Below are positions 8,122 to 18,037 of a stretch of 64,000 nucleotides of DNA, piece after piece (the stretch's first letter is position 1; each line of letters opens with the position of its first letter). The DNA is taken from the IMG/VR virus record IMGVR_UViG_3300046004_000518, positions 32,001-96,000 of that record; one strand, given 5' to 3'. Under the pieces are notes generated by a model. It did not search any database. It had not been told where the DNA came from and saw only the letters and a list, made by a program, of their open reading frames with translations. Made by a program: the position numbers and the translations under genes. This stretch comes from a virus.

Positions 8122-10431
8122 TTATTCTACTATAATAAAACCTTCATCGTCAACTGTTTTGTTTTCTAATAAAATCAGTTCATCTGTTGGTTCAACTACA
8201 ATAAACTCTATTGCATCATTGACATAGTCTGCTGTAACTGCACTACCAATGGCAATATTTTCAAACAGTATTTTCTTACTTAATGGCACTTTAATTAGCT
8301 CACTAATCTTACGTGCTAGTGGACGTGCGCCCATTGCACGATCAAATCCAACTTCAACTAAGTGATCAACTAATGCTTCTGTTGAACGTAGTTTAATTTG
8401 TTTCTCTGCTAGTAATTCGTTAAGCTCGTTTAAGAATTTAACAACAATCTTCTTCATGCTAATCTTATCAAGTCCATTGAACTTAACTACAGCATCTAAA
8501 CGATTGCGGAACTCTGGTTTAAAGAACTTTTTAACAGCACTATCATCTTCGCCTGTTTTTTGTAAGTCGCGCCCAAAGCCAATGTTGTTTTGCTCATTGT
8601 CTGCTGAACCTAAGTTACTGGTTAATACTAACATAGCATTACGACAATCCGCTTTCTTACCATTGGATCCAGTAATAGTACCTTCATCCATGATCTGTAA
8701 CAATAAGTTACTAATGTCGGGGTGAGCCTTTTCAATTTCATCTAACAAGATAATTGAATGTGGATTACGCTCTACTTCACTGATTAACAAGCCGCCACCT
8801 AAGTTACCATCTTCGTAACCAACATAGCCCGGAGGAGCACCAATAAGTTTAGCCATAGCATGTTTCTCTTGATATTCACTCATATCAAAACGTATTAACT
8901 TCATGCCTAAGTTTTCACTAAGCAATTTAGCTAACTCTGTTTTACCTGTACCAGTTGGGCCTAAGAATAAGAAATTACCAATTGGTTTGTTATGTGCTTT
9001 TAATCCAGCTTTAGCAACATAAATCTTCTCAAGTACTGCATCAACTGCGGTATCTTGTCCGTATAGTTTATCTTTAATGTTACTTTCTAAACTTGGTAAT
9101 GAAGTTGATGCATGTTTGCTATCAAAGTTTTCTTTTGGAATCTTAGTTGCTTTGGCCAAAGTATCGACAATCGCATCACCATTAACTACCCAAGTTGGAT
9201 TATTAATTTTAAGACGTGCGCAACTCATATCAATTAGGTCAATGGCCTTATCTGGTAAGCGTTTGTCTGTTTGATAGCGTACACTTAAATCAACTGCTAG
9301 TTCAATTGCTTCATCTAAAATCACACCATTGTGGAAACGTTCAAAGTGACCTTTAAGTCCGAGTAAGATGTCTTTGGCTACTTCTGGACTTGGTTCATCA
9401 ATGTTTAGTTTGTAGAATCTGCGCATTAACGCACGATCTTTTTCAAATGATTGTGTATATTCTTCATAGGTAGTCGAAGCAATAACTTTAATGCCGCCTT
9501 TGGCCAATGCTGGTTTGAGCATATTAGCAAAGTCTACACTACTTGAGCTACCTGCACCTGCGCCCTGCATTTGATGTGCTTCATCAATGAACAATATAGA
9601 ATTACCTTTGGTGTTCAGTGATTCAAGTACGTCTTTAAGTTTTTCTTCAAACTCGCCACGGTATTTGCTACCGGCTAATAAGCTACCGATCTCTAAATTA
9701 TAAACAGTATAGGGTTTTAAGTATTCTGGTACATCACCGTTGACAATTTTGTATGCCAAGCCCTCTGCAATAGCAGTTTTACCCACACCCGGATCACCAA
9801 TCATTAACACGTTGGATTTATGACGACGAGCCAGCACTTGTGCAATCTCTTCCAACTCATATTCACGACCAATAACTGGATCTATCTTACCATCAGTGGC
9901 AACTGCATTTAGATTTGTGCAATACTCTTCTAATATTGCATCAGAAAAATCTTGTTTAGCTTTTGAATCTTTGGTCTTAACTGCTTTACCATCGACAAAT
10001 TTATCGGCATAATATTTTACTAGATCTTTGCGGTTAATACCCCATTTAAGCATAAAGTAAGCGGCATGACTGTTGGTCTCTTGACTGATACTTAAGAATA
10101 AATCAACTGGTTCCATTTGCTCACGTGCTGTAAACAACACCTGCGTAAACGCACGATTGAACACACGCTCTAAACTATGGGTACGCTGCGGTACAATTTC
10201 TTTATCCGATAGGTCAACCAGATGATCTTGTTGAGCAGTATATTCGTACAAGTCTGCCAATAATGGATTAGTATCAACACCATATTCGGTTAGTAACTTT
10301 TTAAATGCTCTAAATTCGATAAGTGCAATTAACAAATGTTCAAGTGTTACGTATTCATGCCTATAATCACGTGCAAGTTCAGTTGCCGCTGCAATGATTT
10401 CTTCAATTTCGGGATTAGAATTTATTGCCAT
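8122..10431 (-). CDS. clpA: ATP-dependent Clp protease ATP-binding subunit ClpA-like
   Basis: N-domain HEYVTLEHLL; two AAA+ modules (GDPGVGKT, FIDEAH; GPTGTGKT, RFDMSEY, LLDEIEKAHP); IGF ClpP-docking loop; no ClpB middle domain. Confidence 0.93.
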   Translation of the reverse strand: MAINSNPEIEEIIAAATELARDYRHEYVTLEHLLIALIEFRAFKKLLTEYGVDTNPLLADLYEYTAQQDHLVDLSDKEIVPQRTHSLERVFNRAFTQVLFTAREQMEPVDLFLSISQETNSHAAYFMLKWGINRKDLVKYYADKFVDGKAVKTKDSKAKQDFSDAILEEYCTNLNAVATDGKIDPVIGREYELEEIAQVLARRHKSNVLMIGDPGVGKTAIAEGLAYKIVNGDVPEYLKPYTVYNLEIGSLLAGSKYRGEFEEKLKDVLESLNTKGNSILFIDEAHQMQGAGAGSSSSVDFANMLKPALAKGGIKVIASTTYEEYTQSFEKDRALMRRFYKLNIDEPSPEVAKDILLGLKGHFERFHNGVILDEAIELAVDLSVRYQTDKRLPDKAIDLIDMSCARLKINNPTWVVNGDAIVDTLAKATKIPKENFDSKHASTSLPSLESNIKDKLYGQDTAVDAVLEKIYVAKAGLKAHNKPIGNFLFLGPTGTGKTELAKLLSENLGMKLIRFDMSEYQEKHAMAKLIGAPPGYVGYEDGNLGGGLLISEVERNPHSIILLDEIEKAHPDISNLLLQIMDEGTITGSNGKKADCRNAMLVLTSNLGSADNEQNNIGFGRDLQKTGEDDSAVKKFFKPEFRNRLDAVVKFNGLDKISMKKIVVKFLNELNELLAEKQIKLRSTEALVDHLVEVGFDRAMGARPLARKISELIKVPLSKKILFENIAIGSAVTADYVNDAIEFIVVEPTDELILLENKTVDDEGFIIVE

Positions 10432-10443
10432 TTTTAGTCCTTG

Positions 10444-11277
10444 CTAATTAATTGTTTTAAGTATTTGTATCTGTGCCGCGGTTAATGTTGGTGTTTTAAT
10501 TATTGTATTAACAATTAAATCACCTCTATATTGAGTATTCATTTGATATAAGCCTTTACCTTGTAGACCAAACTTAGTACCAAATTGACATCCTACTGGA
10601 ATCTTAATTAAGTACGTACTACCATCAATTCCTTCTACTTCTTTTTCTGTGCCTGTCATTGCTTCAATTGAGGAAATTTCTAAATTACTAACTAAATTAA
10701 CACCGTGTATCTCAAAACGTGGATCATCGATTACATTAATAATAACATACAGATCACCCCTTGTCAATGATTCAAAGAAGTTGTCACCCATTTGTGTATA
10801 TTTAATCGTTGTACCATTACTTACACCGCGCGGCATTTTTACATCTACATTAAATTTATCATTCTTGGTAGTCTGTACACTTACTGTTTTTTGCTGTTCG
10901 ATTAATGTACTGGCAAGGGTAACAGTTATATTAATACGTAGGTCTTTATTACGTCTTGGTTGTTGCTGTTGGAAAGGGCTACCACCACGTTGACTAAAGA
11001 ACTGACTGAATATATCCTGTGGGCCACCACCACCAAAATGAAATTCAAATCCACCAGGCCCACTGCCGCCTGCACCGAATGGATTGGGATTATCATGTTC
11101 TTGTCTTTTTTGTGGATCAGTTAAGGTGTCGTAAGCACCCTGTATCTCTTGAAACTTAGCAGTATCGCCGCCTTCTTTATCAGGATGATGTTTAGCAGCG
11201 AGCTTACGATAAGCCCGTTTAATTTCTTCGTCTGTGGCGCCGCGATGTACGCCTAGTGTTGAGTATGCATCTGTCAT
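10444..11277 (-). CDS. dnaJ: DnaJ/CbpA-type J-domain co-chaperone (no Zn finger); likely start MTDAY at 11277
   Basis: J domain with HPD, G/F-rich linker, C-terminal GDLYV/GDLIV domains. Confidence 0.88.
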   Translation of the reverse strand: MTDAYSTLGVHRGATDEEIKRAYRKLAAKHHPDKEGGDTAKFQEIQGAYDTLTDPQKRQEHDNPNPFGAGGSGPGGFEFHFGGGGPQDIFSQFFSQRGGSPFQQQQPRRNKDLRINITVTLASTLIEQQKTVSVQTTKNDKFNVDVKMPRGVSNGTTIKYTQMGDNFFESLTRGDLYVIINVIDDPRFEIHGVNLVSNLEISSIEAMTGTEKEVEGIDGSTYLIKIPVGCQFGTKFGLQGKGLYQMNTQYRGDLIVNTIIKTPTLTAAQIQILKTIN

Positions 11278-11284
11278 AATAGTT

Positions 11285-11313
11285 ATTATATGTGAAAAAA
11301 GGAGAATTGTCAA
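11285..11313 (-). promoter_or_regulatory. sigma70 promoter for dnaJ (probably leaderless mRNA)
   Basis: TTGACA-17-TATAAT, with ATG 7 nt after the -10; the -35 sits in the loop of the upstream terminator. Confidence 0.75.
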
Positions 11314-11329
11314 GCTCTCCTTTTTATTT
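11295..11329. terminator. Intrinsic terminator ending the lysis operon
   Basis: aaaaaaggaga...tctccttttt inverted repeat with U-tracts on both strands. Confidence 0.7.
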
Positions 11330-11349
11330 ACTATCAAAATTACATATGG

Positions 11350-11592
11350 TTAAGTTTTCTTTCTACGTAACGGTCTATTTGGATCTACAGCCACTGGTTC
11401 AGGTGCAACTTCAGTTTCCTCAGCAATTTCAACCATTTCCTGTCCCACTGCTATTTCTGCAATCTCAAAAGTTTCAACAACCGATTCGACTGTCTCGGCT
11501 ATTGGCTGCGCATCTGTCGGACTACTTTGGCTTAACCAGACTGGTTCTGAAGGACTTGTTACAGGGGTGTCCTCAAACCCTGTTACTTTCCC
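11350..11592 (-). CDS. -1 frameshift extension of the holin (acidic C-terminal tail)
   Basis: 81-codon open -1 frame beginning at the slippery GGGAAAG, no usable 5' start, ends just before the terminator. Confidence 0.7.
   Translation of the reverse strand, partial: GKVTGFEDTPVTSPSEPVWLSQSSPTDAQPIAETVESVVETFEIAEIAVGQEMVEIAEETEVAPEPVAVDPNRPLRRKKT
11551..11592 (-). promoter_or_regulatory. Programmed -1 frameshift signal: G GGA AAG plus H-type pseudoknot
   Basis: GGGAAAG-UAACA-GGGU-UUG-AGGAC-ACCC-CUGUAACAA-GUCCU. Confidence 0.7.
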
Positions 11593-11873
11593 GCATCACC
11601 GTTTTCAATTGATGCTACTTTTTCTTTACCACGTGTCCAAGCTGCAATACCTAAGATAGCACCCATGGAGATATGGTACAAACCACCACCTTGAAGTGTT
11701 AGCGGTACCCACATACCTACTGCCTGTCCAGGATTCCAATATTGAAGTAAGTTGAATAAGATTGGACCTAAGATAAAGTCAAACCAAATTGTAGCCATGT
11801 ATGTAATAGCCATTAATGGGCGCCATTTGCTGGTCATCCAATCTTCTGATTTTTTTTCTGCTGCTGTTACCAT
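11583..11873 (-). CDS. Holin, GTA_holin_3TM-like
   Basis: W-x-x-x-WRP motif, hydrophobic segments, GAILG...RGKEK C-terminus; located at the end of the lysis cassette. Confidence 0.7.
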   Translation of the reverse strand: MVTAAEKKSEDWMTSKWRPLMAITYMATIWFDFILGPILFNLLQYWNPGQAVGMWVPLTLQGGGLYHISMGAILGIAAWTRGKEKVASIENGDAGK

Positions 11874-11919
11874 TTTTTGCTCCTAATTATTATTGTTATT
11901 ATTATTTATTAGTTTGTGA

Positions 11920-12129
11920 TTAACTTACTGCGCTGGCTAGATCAATTAAATCATTAATTATTTCGTTTAATTGACTTAATTTTGCTAGATCACCGGCCGC
12001 TGCTTCAATAACTTTAGTGCTTTGTAAATCTTTAAGTAATTCTTTATATTCACTCGGCGATAGCTTACCAGCTGTAAATTCTGCTTCTAATGCATGTACT
12101 TCTATTAATACATTGTCTACACTGCTCAT
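11920..12129 (-). CDS. Hypothetical protein in lysis cassette
   Basis: 69 aa, overlapping start/stop with upstream lipoprotein. Confidence 0.65.
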   Translation of the reverse strand: MSSVDNVLIEVHALEAEFTAGKLSPSEYKELLKDLQSTKVIEAAAGDLAKLSQLNEIINDLIDLASAVS

Positions 12130-12539
12130 CTTGGTTTGGCTCCTATTACTGTTTTCATTGTACCTGAACTATTTTCTATATTATTAAATTTAAGTTCGCA
12201 GTATTTTTGACTCACAACTTCGCCGCTATCGTAACGCTCTTTGAGACCTTTGGTAATAGCTGCAAGTTCTGTAGTCATTGTTATTGTATCTTTATTTTGT
12301 GGAATACTTGCTGAATAGTTACGTAGTTCAATACTCTTAACATAAACGGTGTCTACATACACTAGCACTTCTTTAGTACCACATTTAGTTACACCTACTT
12401 GTGCTTGTGTATGGATTTGATTAACTAAACTATATTCGTTGCTGTCAAACCTAGCCATACGATACGCATCAATTATTGTACTAATACTAGCACACCCCGA
12501 CAATAGAACTACTAGACTAACTAAGGCTAGTTTTTTCAT
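12126..12539 (-). CDS. Lipoprotein
   Basis: Signal peptide II with lipobox LSGC. Confidence 0.75.
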   Translation of the reverse strand: MKKLALVSLVVLLSGCASISTIIDAYRMARFDSNEYSLVNQIHTQAQVGVTKCGTKEVLVYVDTVYVKSIELRNYSASIPQNKDTITMTTELAAITKGLKERYDSGEVVSQKYCELKFNNIENSSGTMKTVIGAKPR

Positions 12540-12796
12540 TTAATTTCCTCGTAGATACGACGTTGTTCTTTATACCAAATACCCCAGGCTTCGTGTTTGG
12601 CCTGGCACTCATAGTAGGTGCTGTAATTTTCTGTAACATTACCTACAACATCACTTAATTTGTTAGTGTCTGTTGGTAGTTGTTTAAGAATCGGACAATC
12701 TATAGCAAGTTCACTAGGAACATCCGGAAATGGTGCTTTAACTGGCACTAGAGTTGAGCAACCTGAGAGTAATAATACTGCTAATAGATATCTCAT
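12536..12796 (-). CDS. o-spanin (Rz1-like) lipoprotein
   Basis: Lipobox LSGC, Pro-rich N-part, Cys residues; directly after the i-spanin. Confidence 0.7.
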   Translation of the reverse strand: MRYLLAVLLLSGCSTLVPVKAPFPDVPSELAIDCPILKQLPTDTNKLSDVVGNVTENYSTYYECQAKHEAWGIWYKEQRRIYEEIK

Positions 12797-13242
12797 TTAG
12801 TTTCTCCCACTGGTTTCTCTGCGGCCTTGTTTAGTAGTTCGATAGCTTCTTTAGGCACCACACATTCACCGTTGATAATCTTTTCTTTCTCTACAATTTC
12901 TTTCTGTAGTTGGACCTGTACTTCTTTAATTTTTTTGATCTTAGTAACTACTTTAGTTTTGATCACTGTGTTTGTTTCTTGGCTTTTAACCACAGCCGCA
13001 TCTATTTTTGCCTGTAATTCTGCGGCACGTTCTCTCCATTGTGTTTCAACTTCGTAGCCGCCTTTAAAATACACACCTGCTACCAACAGCATGATACCTA
13101 CAACCTGTACTATTAGTCGATAGGGTCTAAGATAACTAAAATTGAATACAAAACCTAATAATGAAGTAATGATACCAGCATAGAATACTAAATTAACAAA
13201 CGCATGCAAGATGCTATCTGGAATAAATGTCAACATCCACAT
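12793..13242 (-). CDS. i-spanin (Rz-like)
   Basis: N-terminal TM helices, coiled coil, C-terminal C-x-x-P; follows the endolysin. Confidence 0.7.
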   Translation of the reverse strand: MWMLTFIPDSILHAFVNLVFYAGIITSLLGFVFNFSYLRPYRLIVQVVGIMLLVAGVYFKGGYEVETQWRERAAELQAKIDAAVVKSQETNTVIKTKVVTKIKKIKEVQVQLQKEIVEKEKIINGECVVPKEAIELLNKAAEKPVGETK

Positions 13243-13243
13243 A

Positions 13244-14089
13244 TTATTCTCCTAACATTTTTTTGATAGTTGCTGGACCAACAATACCATCTGCTGTCAA
13301 ACCATGTGCTGTTTGCCACGCTTTAACTGCTTTCTCTGTACCTGGACCAAACTTACCATCTGCTGTTTGTCCTAATGCTTTTTGTACCGCTTTGACTGTG
13401 TCGTTATTGCTGCCTACACGCACTGTTACGTACTCTGTAGCAGACGCAGGCGCCGCATGTGACTCTGCTACATGCCCACCACCTAACAAGTGTTTAGCTT
13501 CTTTGTAGTGCTTTGTACGATCTTCTAGGCCAATTGTACCACCGTTAATACGTTTGGTCATTTTAACTATATCATCTGCATCACATATAGCATTTAAGCC
13601 ATTTGTTTTCCAGAACCAACAAGCTGATTCAATGGCACCATCTAAGGTTTCTAAGTCAGCCACTGCTTCTTCTACTGTCATGCCTACTGATTTAGCAAAC
13701 TTAGTATAGTTATCACGACCAGTTAGTTGGATAGCACCGCGACCACAGAACTTAAATCCATCACCACTGGACTCTGGGCCATTGCCCATACGTCCACCGT
13801 AGACTTTGTTAGCAATCTTTTCTGGTTGACGATTGTATGGTTGCGCACTTGCTAGTGTAGGGAAGTATTTTTTAAAGATCTTACTTAAACCCTCTGCTGA
13901 GTAGTTTAAGTTTTCTTTAAGAATTGTAAAGCCTGCTGACTCATGCCCGCATTGTGCTAGGAAACCTGCAGCACGATTAACTGTGTTAATCTCGTACTTT
14001 TCAAATTGCTCTGTAAGTACTTCTGCCAGGTCTTCTGGATGCTTGTACTTGGGAAATAGTGCTTTGATTAAACCTGCTGTAATTTGCAT
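13244..14089 (-). CDS. Endolysin: glycoside hydrolase family 19 plus C-terminal peptidoglycan-binding domain
   Basis: FLAQCGHES, ENLNYS, GRGAIQLTGRDNY, TKRINGG; PG_binding_1 repeats DGKFGPGT/DGIVGPAT. Confidence 0.92.
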   Translation of the reverse strand: MQITAGLIKALFPKYKHPEDLAEVLTEQFEKYEINTVNRAAGFLAQCGHESAGFTILKENLNYSAEGLSKIFKKYFPTLASAQPYNRQPEKIANKVYGGRMGNGPESSGDGFKFCGRGAIQLTGRDNYTKFAKSVGMTVEEAVADLETLDGAIESACWFWKTNGLNAICDADDIVKMTKRINGGTIGLEDRTKHYKEAKHLLGGGHVAESHAAPASATEYVTVRVGSNNDTVKAVQKALGQTADGKFGPGTEKAVKAWQTAHGLTADGIVGPATIKKMLGE

Positions 14090-14108
14090 AATTGAAAAAT
14101 CCTTGTTG

Positions 14109-14675
14109 TTATTTTATTCCTGCCGCCCGTCTTAAACTTTCTGTAAATTCATTTATTGGTGCAGTTGTAGTTACATCAACTCCTGCGGCTGTTTTAAGTT
14201 GATCTAATTCTCTATCTAATTCTTCATCTTTTTCATACTTAGCGCGATATTTTTCTGGAGTTAATGCCATAATTTGACCTAATACCTCAACTGTTAGTTC
14301 GTGCTCACTGTTAGATTTAAAATAACGTACACGCCAATCGGTAATATCTTGTTCTGTTAAGTTTACAATGTCTGAGATCAATTTATAAACTTGTTCTGGT
14401 ACTTCTGGTGTACGATCGAGTTCAACAAACACTAGATAATCGCCACCTTCTTTTTCACCTGAGCTAACATCAGCATCAAGAACCCAATCGTAGCCTTTTT
14501 CAATGAAACTAACTAGATCAATTGCTGGCTCTTTGCCGGCAACTTTAAAGCTAATCACGCAAATATCGGCATCGTCGCCCATTTTACTTTTATATTCGTC
14601 GATGTGTAGTTCATTGTGAACTAAACGTTTTAAGTCGCCACTTTCTAAGTTTTCGTTAAGCTGGTTGTTGTGCAT
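14109..14675 (-). CDS. Hypothetical (probable head assembly/structural) protein; likely start MHNNQ at 14675
   Basis: ORF; LNE near the N-terminus, C-terminal ESLRRAAGIK. Confidence 0.65.
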   Translation of the reverse strand: MHNNQLNENLESGDLKRLVHNELHIDEYKSKMGDDADICVISFKVAGKEPAIDLVSFIEKGYDWVLDADVSSGEKEGGDYLVFVELDRTPEVPEQVYKLISDIVNLTEQDITDWRVRYFKSNSEHELTVEVLGQIMALTPEKYRAKYEKDEELDRELDQLKTAAGVDVTTTAPINEFTESLRRAAGIK

Positions 14676-14676
14676 T

Positions 14677-15213
14677 TTATGCGATACCTTGTTCATTGCC
14701 TTGTTGATCTTCACTTGATATGTTTTCTGCTGCGTCATCACCTTCTTCGTATGCTTGATTTATATCTTCAAGATCTAGGGTTTCGCTTTCTAACTCTAAA
14801 CTACCTTGCTGTATTTCTTGCATTAGCTTTTTAGGCATAACAATTTTAACCAGCCACACTGGAACTTTTTTCATTTTTGGCATTTTACCGCCCGGTTCAA
14901 AGTCATCTGGTTCTTTAACTTTAACTGGATATTCAAGCATGTCTTTACTATAATAAACTTCACAGTCGTAACTTAGTAAACGCTCGCCACCACGTGGGTC
15001 TGGCATACGCTTGTGCGGCCACATGAATGTACAGGTTACAAAATATTTTTCGTATGCTGGCCCTTGTACTAACTCACCTTCTTTCCAGTGTTTAAACACA
15101 TAAAGATCAAGTTCGTCTAATACTCGTTCAAAGTCCAATAGAGTATTCAGACTGCTGTCAGTCATAAATATTTCTTTTGTATTTTGTATAACGTCTGTAA
15201 TTGCTTGTGTCAT
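14677..15213 (-). CDS. Conserved-looking hypothetical phage protein
   Basis: 178 aa ORF, TAAATA upstream at 15233-15238. Confidence 0.7.
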   Translation of the reverse strand: MTQAITDVIQNTKEIFMTDSSLNTLLDFERVLDELDLYVFKHWKEGELVQGPAYEKYFVTCTFMWPHKRMPDPRGGERLLSYDCEVYYSKDMLEYPVKVKEPDDFEPGGKMPKMKKVPVWLVKIVMPKKLMQEIQQGSLELESETLDLEDINQAYEEGDDAAENISSEDQQGNEQGIA

Positions 15214-15235
15214 AGTTTTAGGTTCTTTATGTTAT

Positions 15236-15886
15236 TTATTCAATTCCGCGAGCTTGCTTGGATTGTACACCGTGCCATACTTCCTGATCTAACCAGTATT
15301 CATCTACGTGTTTAACATACTTGGCATTAGGATCACTGGATATAAATTTAAATATATCCGGATTAGCGTAGTCTATAGGAAAACTTAATAGTTTACTAAT
15401 ATATTTAAGGTAATGCTCGCGATGTAAAAATAATGCTTCGTTTGATAGGAAATGTATAGGAAAATCGCTGGTTAACAGCTGATTATAGTAGTATTCTTGC
15501 GCAATTGGTGTGGTTATTTCCTTACGCACTCGTAACTGTTGTTCTGCATTAATATTCATATCACGAGTGATAATAGCAATCTTAACATCTATCCCAAACC
15601 CACGTGCTTGTTGTGCTACTTCAAGTATTTTAGGAATATAACGTTGCCCATCGTAAAAGAAAGGACAGCTAACATTAGCTAGCCAATAATCCTTACCTTC
15701 AAATTGACCGGCAGTGAGACGCTCGGGGCGAACCCAATATTCAGCGAACGGTTCTAGGTCACTAGGTACCCAATATTTGTCTAGTAGACTCTTCCAACCA
15801 CCTACATTTGGATGTGTACTAAGAATACGGCTGAATAAATGATTGCCACTGCCTTGTGGCCCGGTGATGATTATTAATCGTTTCAT
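15236..15886 (-). CDS. P-loop / sulfotransferase-like protein
   Basis: N-terminal IIITGPQGSGNHLFSRIL; paralog of 15883-16521. Confidence 0.55.
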   Translation of the reverse strand: MKRLIIITGPQGSGNHLFSRILSTHPNVGGWKSLLDKYWVPSDLEPFAEYWVRPERLTAGQFEGKDYWLANVSCPFFYDGQRYIPKILEVAQQARGFGIDVKIAIITRDMNINAEQQLRVRKEITTPIAQEYYYNQLLTSDFPIHFLSNEALFLHREHYLKYISKLLSFPIDYANPDIFKFISSDPNAKYVKHVDEYWLDQEVWHGVQSKQARGIE

Positions 15887-16521
15887 GGTTTAGTTTTAAA
15901 TGTTGTTCCAAATTTATTGCCGTTGTCTAATTCATTATAGTCGATGCTGTGTATGTATTTTGCATTAGCATCATCTGTTAATATTTCATCTATTCTAGGA
16001 TTATCATGTGCCACTGGTATATTAAGTTTTAAACTTTTTAAATAATCCTGTTTATATAGATACAATAGTTCATAACTTAAAAATGTTGGATTTGATAATT
16101 TAGGCAACTGCTCCAAGAACAATGGCAAGGTACTTTGTGTTCTAATGCGAGTTTGTTGAGTTGCGAGTATAGTTTGATCACGGCCAACTATAGCTAGCTC
16201 AACTTCAACTCCTTGTGCTAATACTGCGTCTTTGAAGCCTTGTACATCAGCAGTCCATATAGGATTAATGTCACTACCGATGATACCCAACGGTAAACTA
16301 ATACTAGTAAAATAATAGTCACTTTGATTCCAATCAAATTCAGCCAATAAACTATGATCCTTCCAATGCTTGGCGAATGGCTCTGCGAAACGATGTGCCT
16401 CCCAGTAGTTGTCTAATAGCGTTTTCCACCCATATACTTCTGGATGCAGGCTAAAGATCTTACTCCACAAATGGTTGCCAGCACCTTGCGGACCAGTCAA
16501 TATTAACATCTTCTTAGCCAT
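15883..16521 (-). CDS. P-loop / sulfotransferase-like protein
   Basis: LILTGPQGAGNHLWSKIF; shares GWK-x-LLD-x-YW, EPFA, LS-x-E-x-L, D-x-NAKY with its neighbour. Confidence 0.55.
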   Translation of the reverse strand: MAKKMLILTGPQGAGNHLWSKIFSLHPEVYGWKTLLDNYWEAHRFAEPFAKHWKDHSLLAEFDWNQSDYYFTSISLPLGIIGSDINPIWTADVQGFKDAVLAQGVEVELAIVGRDQTILATQQTRIRTQSTLPLFLEQLPKLSNPTFLSYELLYLYKQDYLKSLKLNIPVAHDNPRIDEILTDDANAKYIHSIDYNELDNGNKFGTTFKTKP

Positions 16522-17053
16522 ATAATACCTTTGCTAGATCGTCTAACAATATTCCCTCGGTCCTCTCTGGATGCCACACCAAGCCCCATATAGGTAAGTG
16601 ACTATGTTTAAATGCTTCAACAGTGCCATCATGGGGGCAAGTTGCTATGGATACTAAGTCAATCCCCAATCTGCCAATACTATTAGTATGATGACTATTT
16701 ACATAGTTTATATTACCATCGATTTCAATTTCGTGCGCAGTATTGTTGTGTCCATCGACAGGCAGGTTGACGCCACTGTGAAATTCATTAATGAAAAACG
16801 CACCGTGGCATACTCCTAATATAGGTATTCCTTTTAATAAGGCAATATTGTAGTACATTGTTTCTGTGTGGGTACGGTTTGGTGTTGCATCACCACCTGA
16901 CAGAATTAACATATCGAAATCAAGAGGAATATTCGATACATTGGGTATAGGCTCTATATCGCAGTGATTTAATAACCCATACCAACCATGTTCTAAACAG
17001 TCATATGTAATGTTATTGTGTACTATTTCACGTTGTGAGATTGCTATTTTCAT
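16514..17053 (-). CDS. Class I glutamine amidotransferase / peptidase C26 family
   Basis: LILSGG, PILGVCHG (catalytic Cys), VNSHH, WHPE. Confidence 0.85.
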   Translation of the reverse strand: MKIAISQREIVHNNITYDCLEHGWYGLLNHCDIEPIPNVSNIPLDFDMLILSGGDATPNRTHTETMYYNIALLKGIPILGVCHGAFFINEFHSGVNLPVDGHNNTAHEIEIDGNINYVNSHHTNSIGRLGIDLVSIATCPHDGTVEAFKHSHLPIWGLVWHPERTEGILLDDLAKVLYG

Positions 17054-17280
17054 TTGTAGTATGCAAAGTAGATTAACCCAGCAATAATCATAAAGATCTG
17101 TGGTAAGAAGTTAGTGATTAAACTTTTCTCATTCCACTTAAATCCCACATACACCCATCCACTGGCACCGATAATTTGCAAGATGCTATTCCATGGAGTA
17201 ATGCCTAAAATATGCAAAGGCATAGCACATAGAATCATTGTTGCCGAGAACCACTTGACTATTTGTGTATAATCTTTCAT
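17050..17280 (-). CDS. Small membrane protein
   Basis: 76 aa with three hydrophobic segments. Confidence 0.7.
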   Translation of the reverse strand: MKDYTQIVKWFSATMILCAMPLHILGITPWNSILQIIGASGWVYVGFKWNEKSLITNFLPQIFMIIAGLIYFAYYK

Positions 17281-17295
17281 TGAAATCCTAGAGGT

Positions 17296-17324
17296 AAAAA
17301 AAGGGACCTAAGTCCCTTTTATTT
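17296..17324. terminator. Intrinsic terminator
   Basis: aaaaaaagggac-ctaa-gtcccttttatt. Confidence 0.8.
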
Positions 17325-17341
17325 GAAACTTATACTATTAA

Positions 17342-18037
17342 TTATGCGCCGTAAGCGTCAGCAATTAATTTTGCAGCTTCGGGCAATGCTGTTGTGTTCA
17401 TGCATGATACAGCAAACAAGTCCATGCGCATTGTACGTGCAATTTCTTCAACACGTGCTTGTGCATCAGCATCTGTTGCTAACAATTCTAATGAACGTGC
17501 ACCAATGTTACTGTGGAAGCCTTCATCTTTAGCAATTTTAGCATAGGTTGTTGAGATGAATTCGTCTTGAATACAGTCAGCCATTTTGTTCCATACACGT
17601 TCTGCACGACCTTCAGCAATGAACTGATATGCAGCAAGTGCTAGTGGATCTTGTTGTGCTTCGTACTTAGCTAACAATGCAGCACCTTTAGCAGTTGGGT
17701 TAGCTTCTTCGTTAGCAATTGCAGCCGCAACGTCTAATTTCTCACCAGTCATGTGTTCGATAACATCACGCACCATACGGAAGTGATTGGCTTCATCTAA
17801 TGCTTGTTTGCTAATTAACGCACAATATTCTGCTGTTGCATCTGCAGGCATATTAGCAACTTTATTAGCAATCTCTACCATGTTCATACGTTCGTTAACC
17901 ATACGACCAACAAAGTGTGTTACTAATTGCTCTTGTGTTGGGTTACTGTTGAAATATGCTTCAACTTGCATTTCACTTGCTTGAAATAGTGCTTCGTTGT
18001 CTTGTGCCATTTTAGCAACAAATTGTTTTGAGTTCAT
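17342..18037 (-). CDS. Ferritin-like di-iron carboxylate protein
   Basis: All-helical, with E...DEANH...E...DEGFH ligand pattern. Confidence 0.75.
   Translation of the reverse strand: MNSKQFVAKMAQDNEALFQASEMQVEAYFNSNPTQEQLVTHFVGRMVNERMNMVEIANKVANMPADATAEYCALISKQALDEANHFRMVRDVIEHMTGEKLDVAAAIANEEANPTAKGAALLAKYEAQQDPLALAAYQFIAEGRAERVWNKMADCIQDEFISTTYAKIAKDEGFHSNIGARSLELLATDADAQARVEEIARTMRMDLFAVSCMNTTALPEAAKLIADAYGA

Noticed and set aside
11292-11612. + strand 106-aa ORF
   Set aside because: Crosses the terminator and is antisense to the holin -1 extension; no RBS
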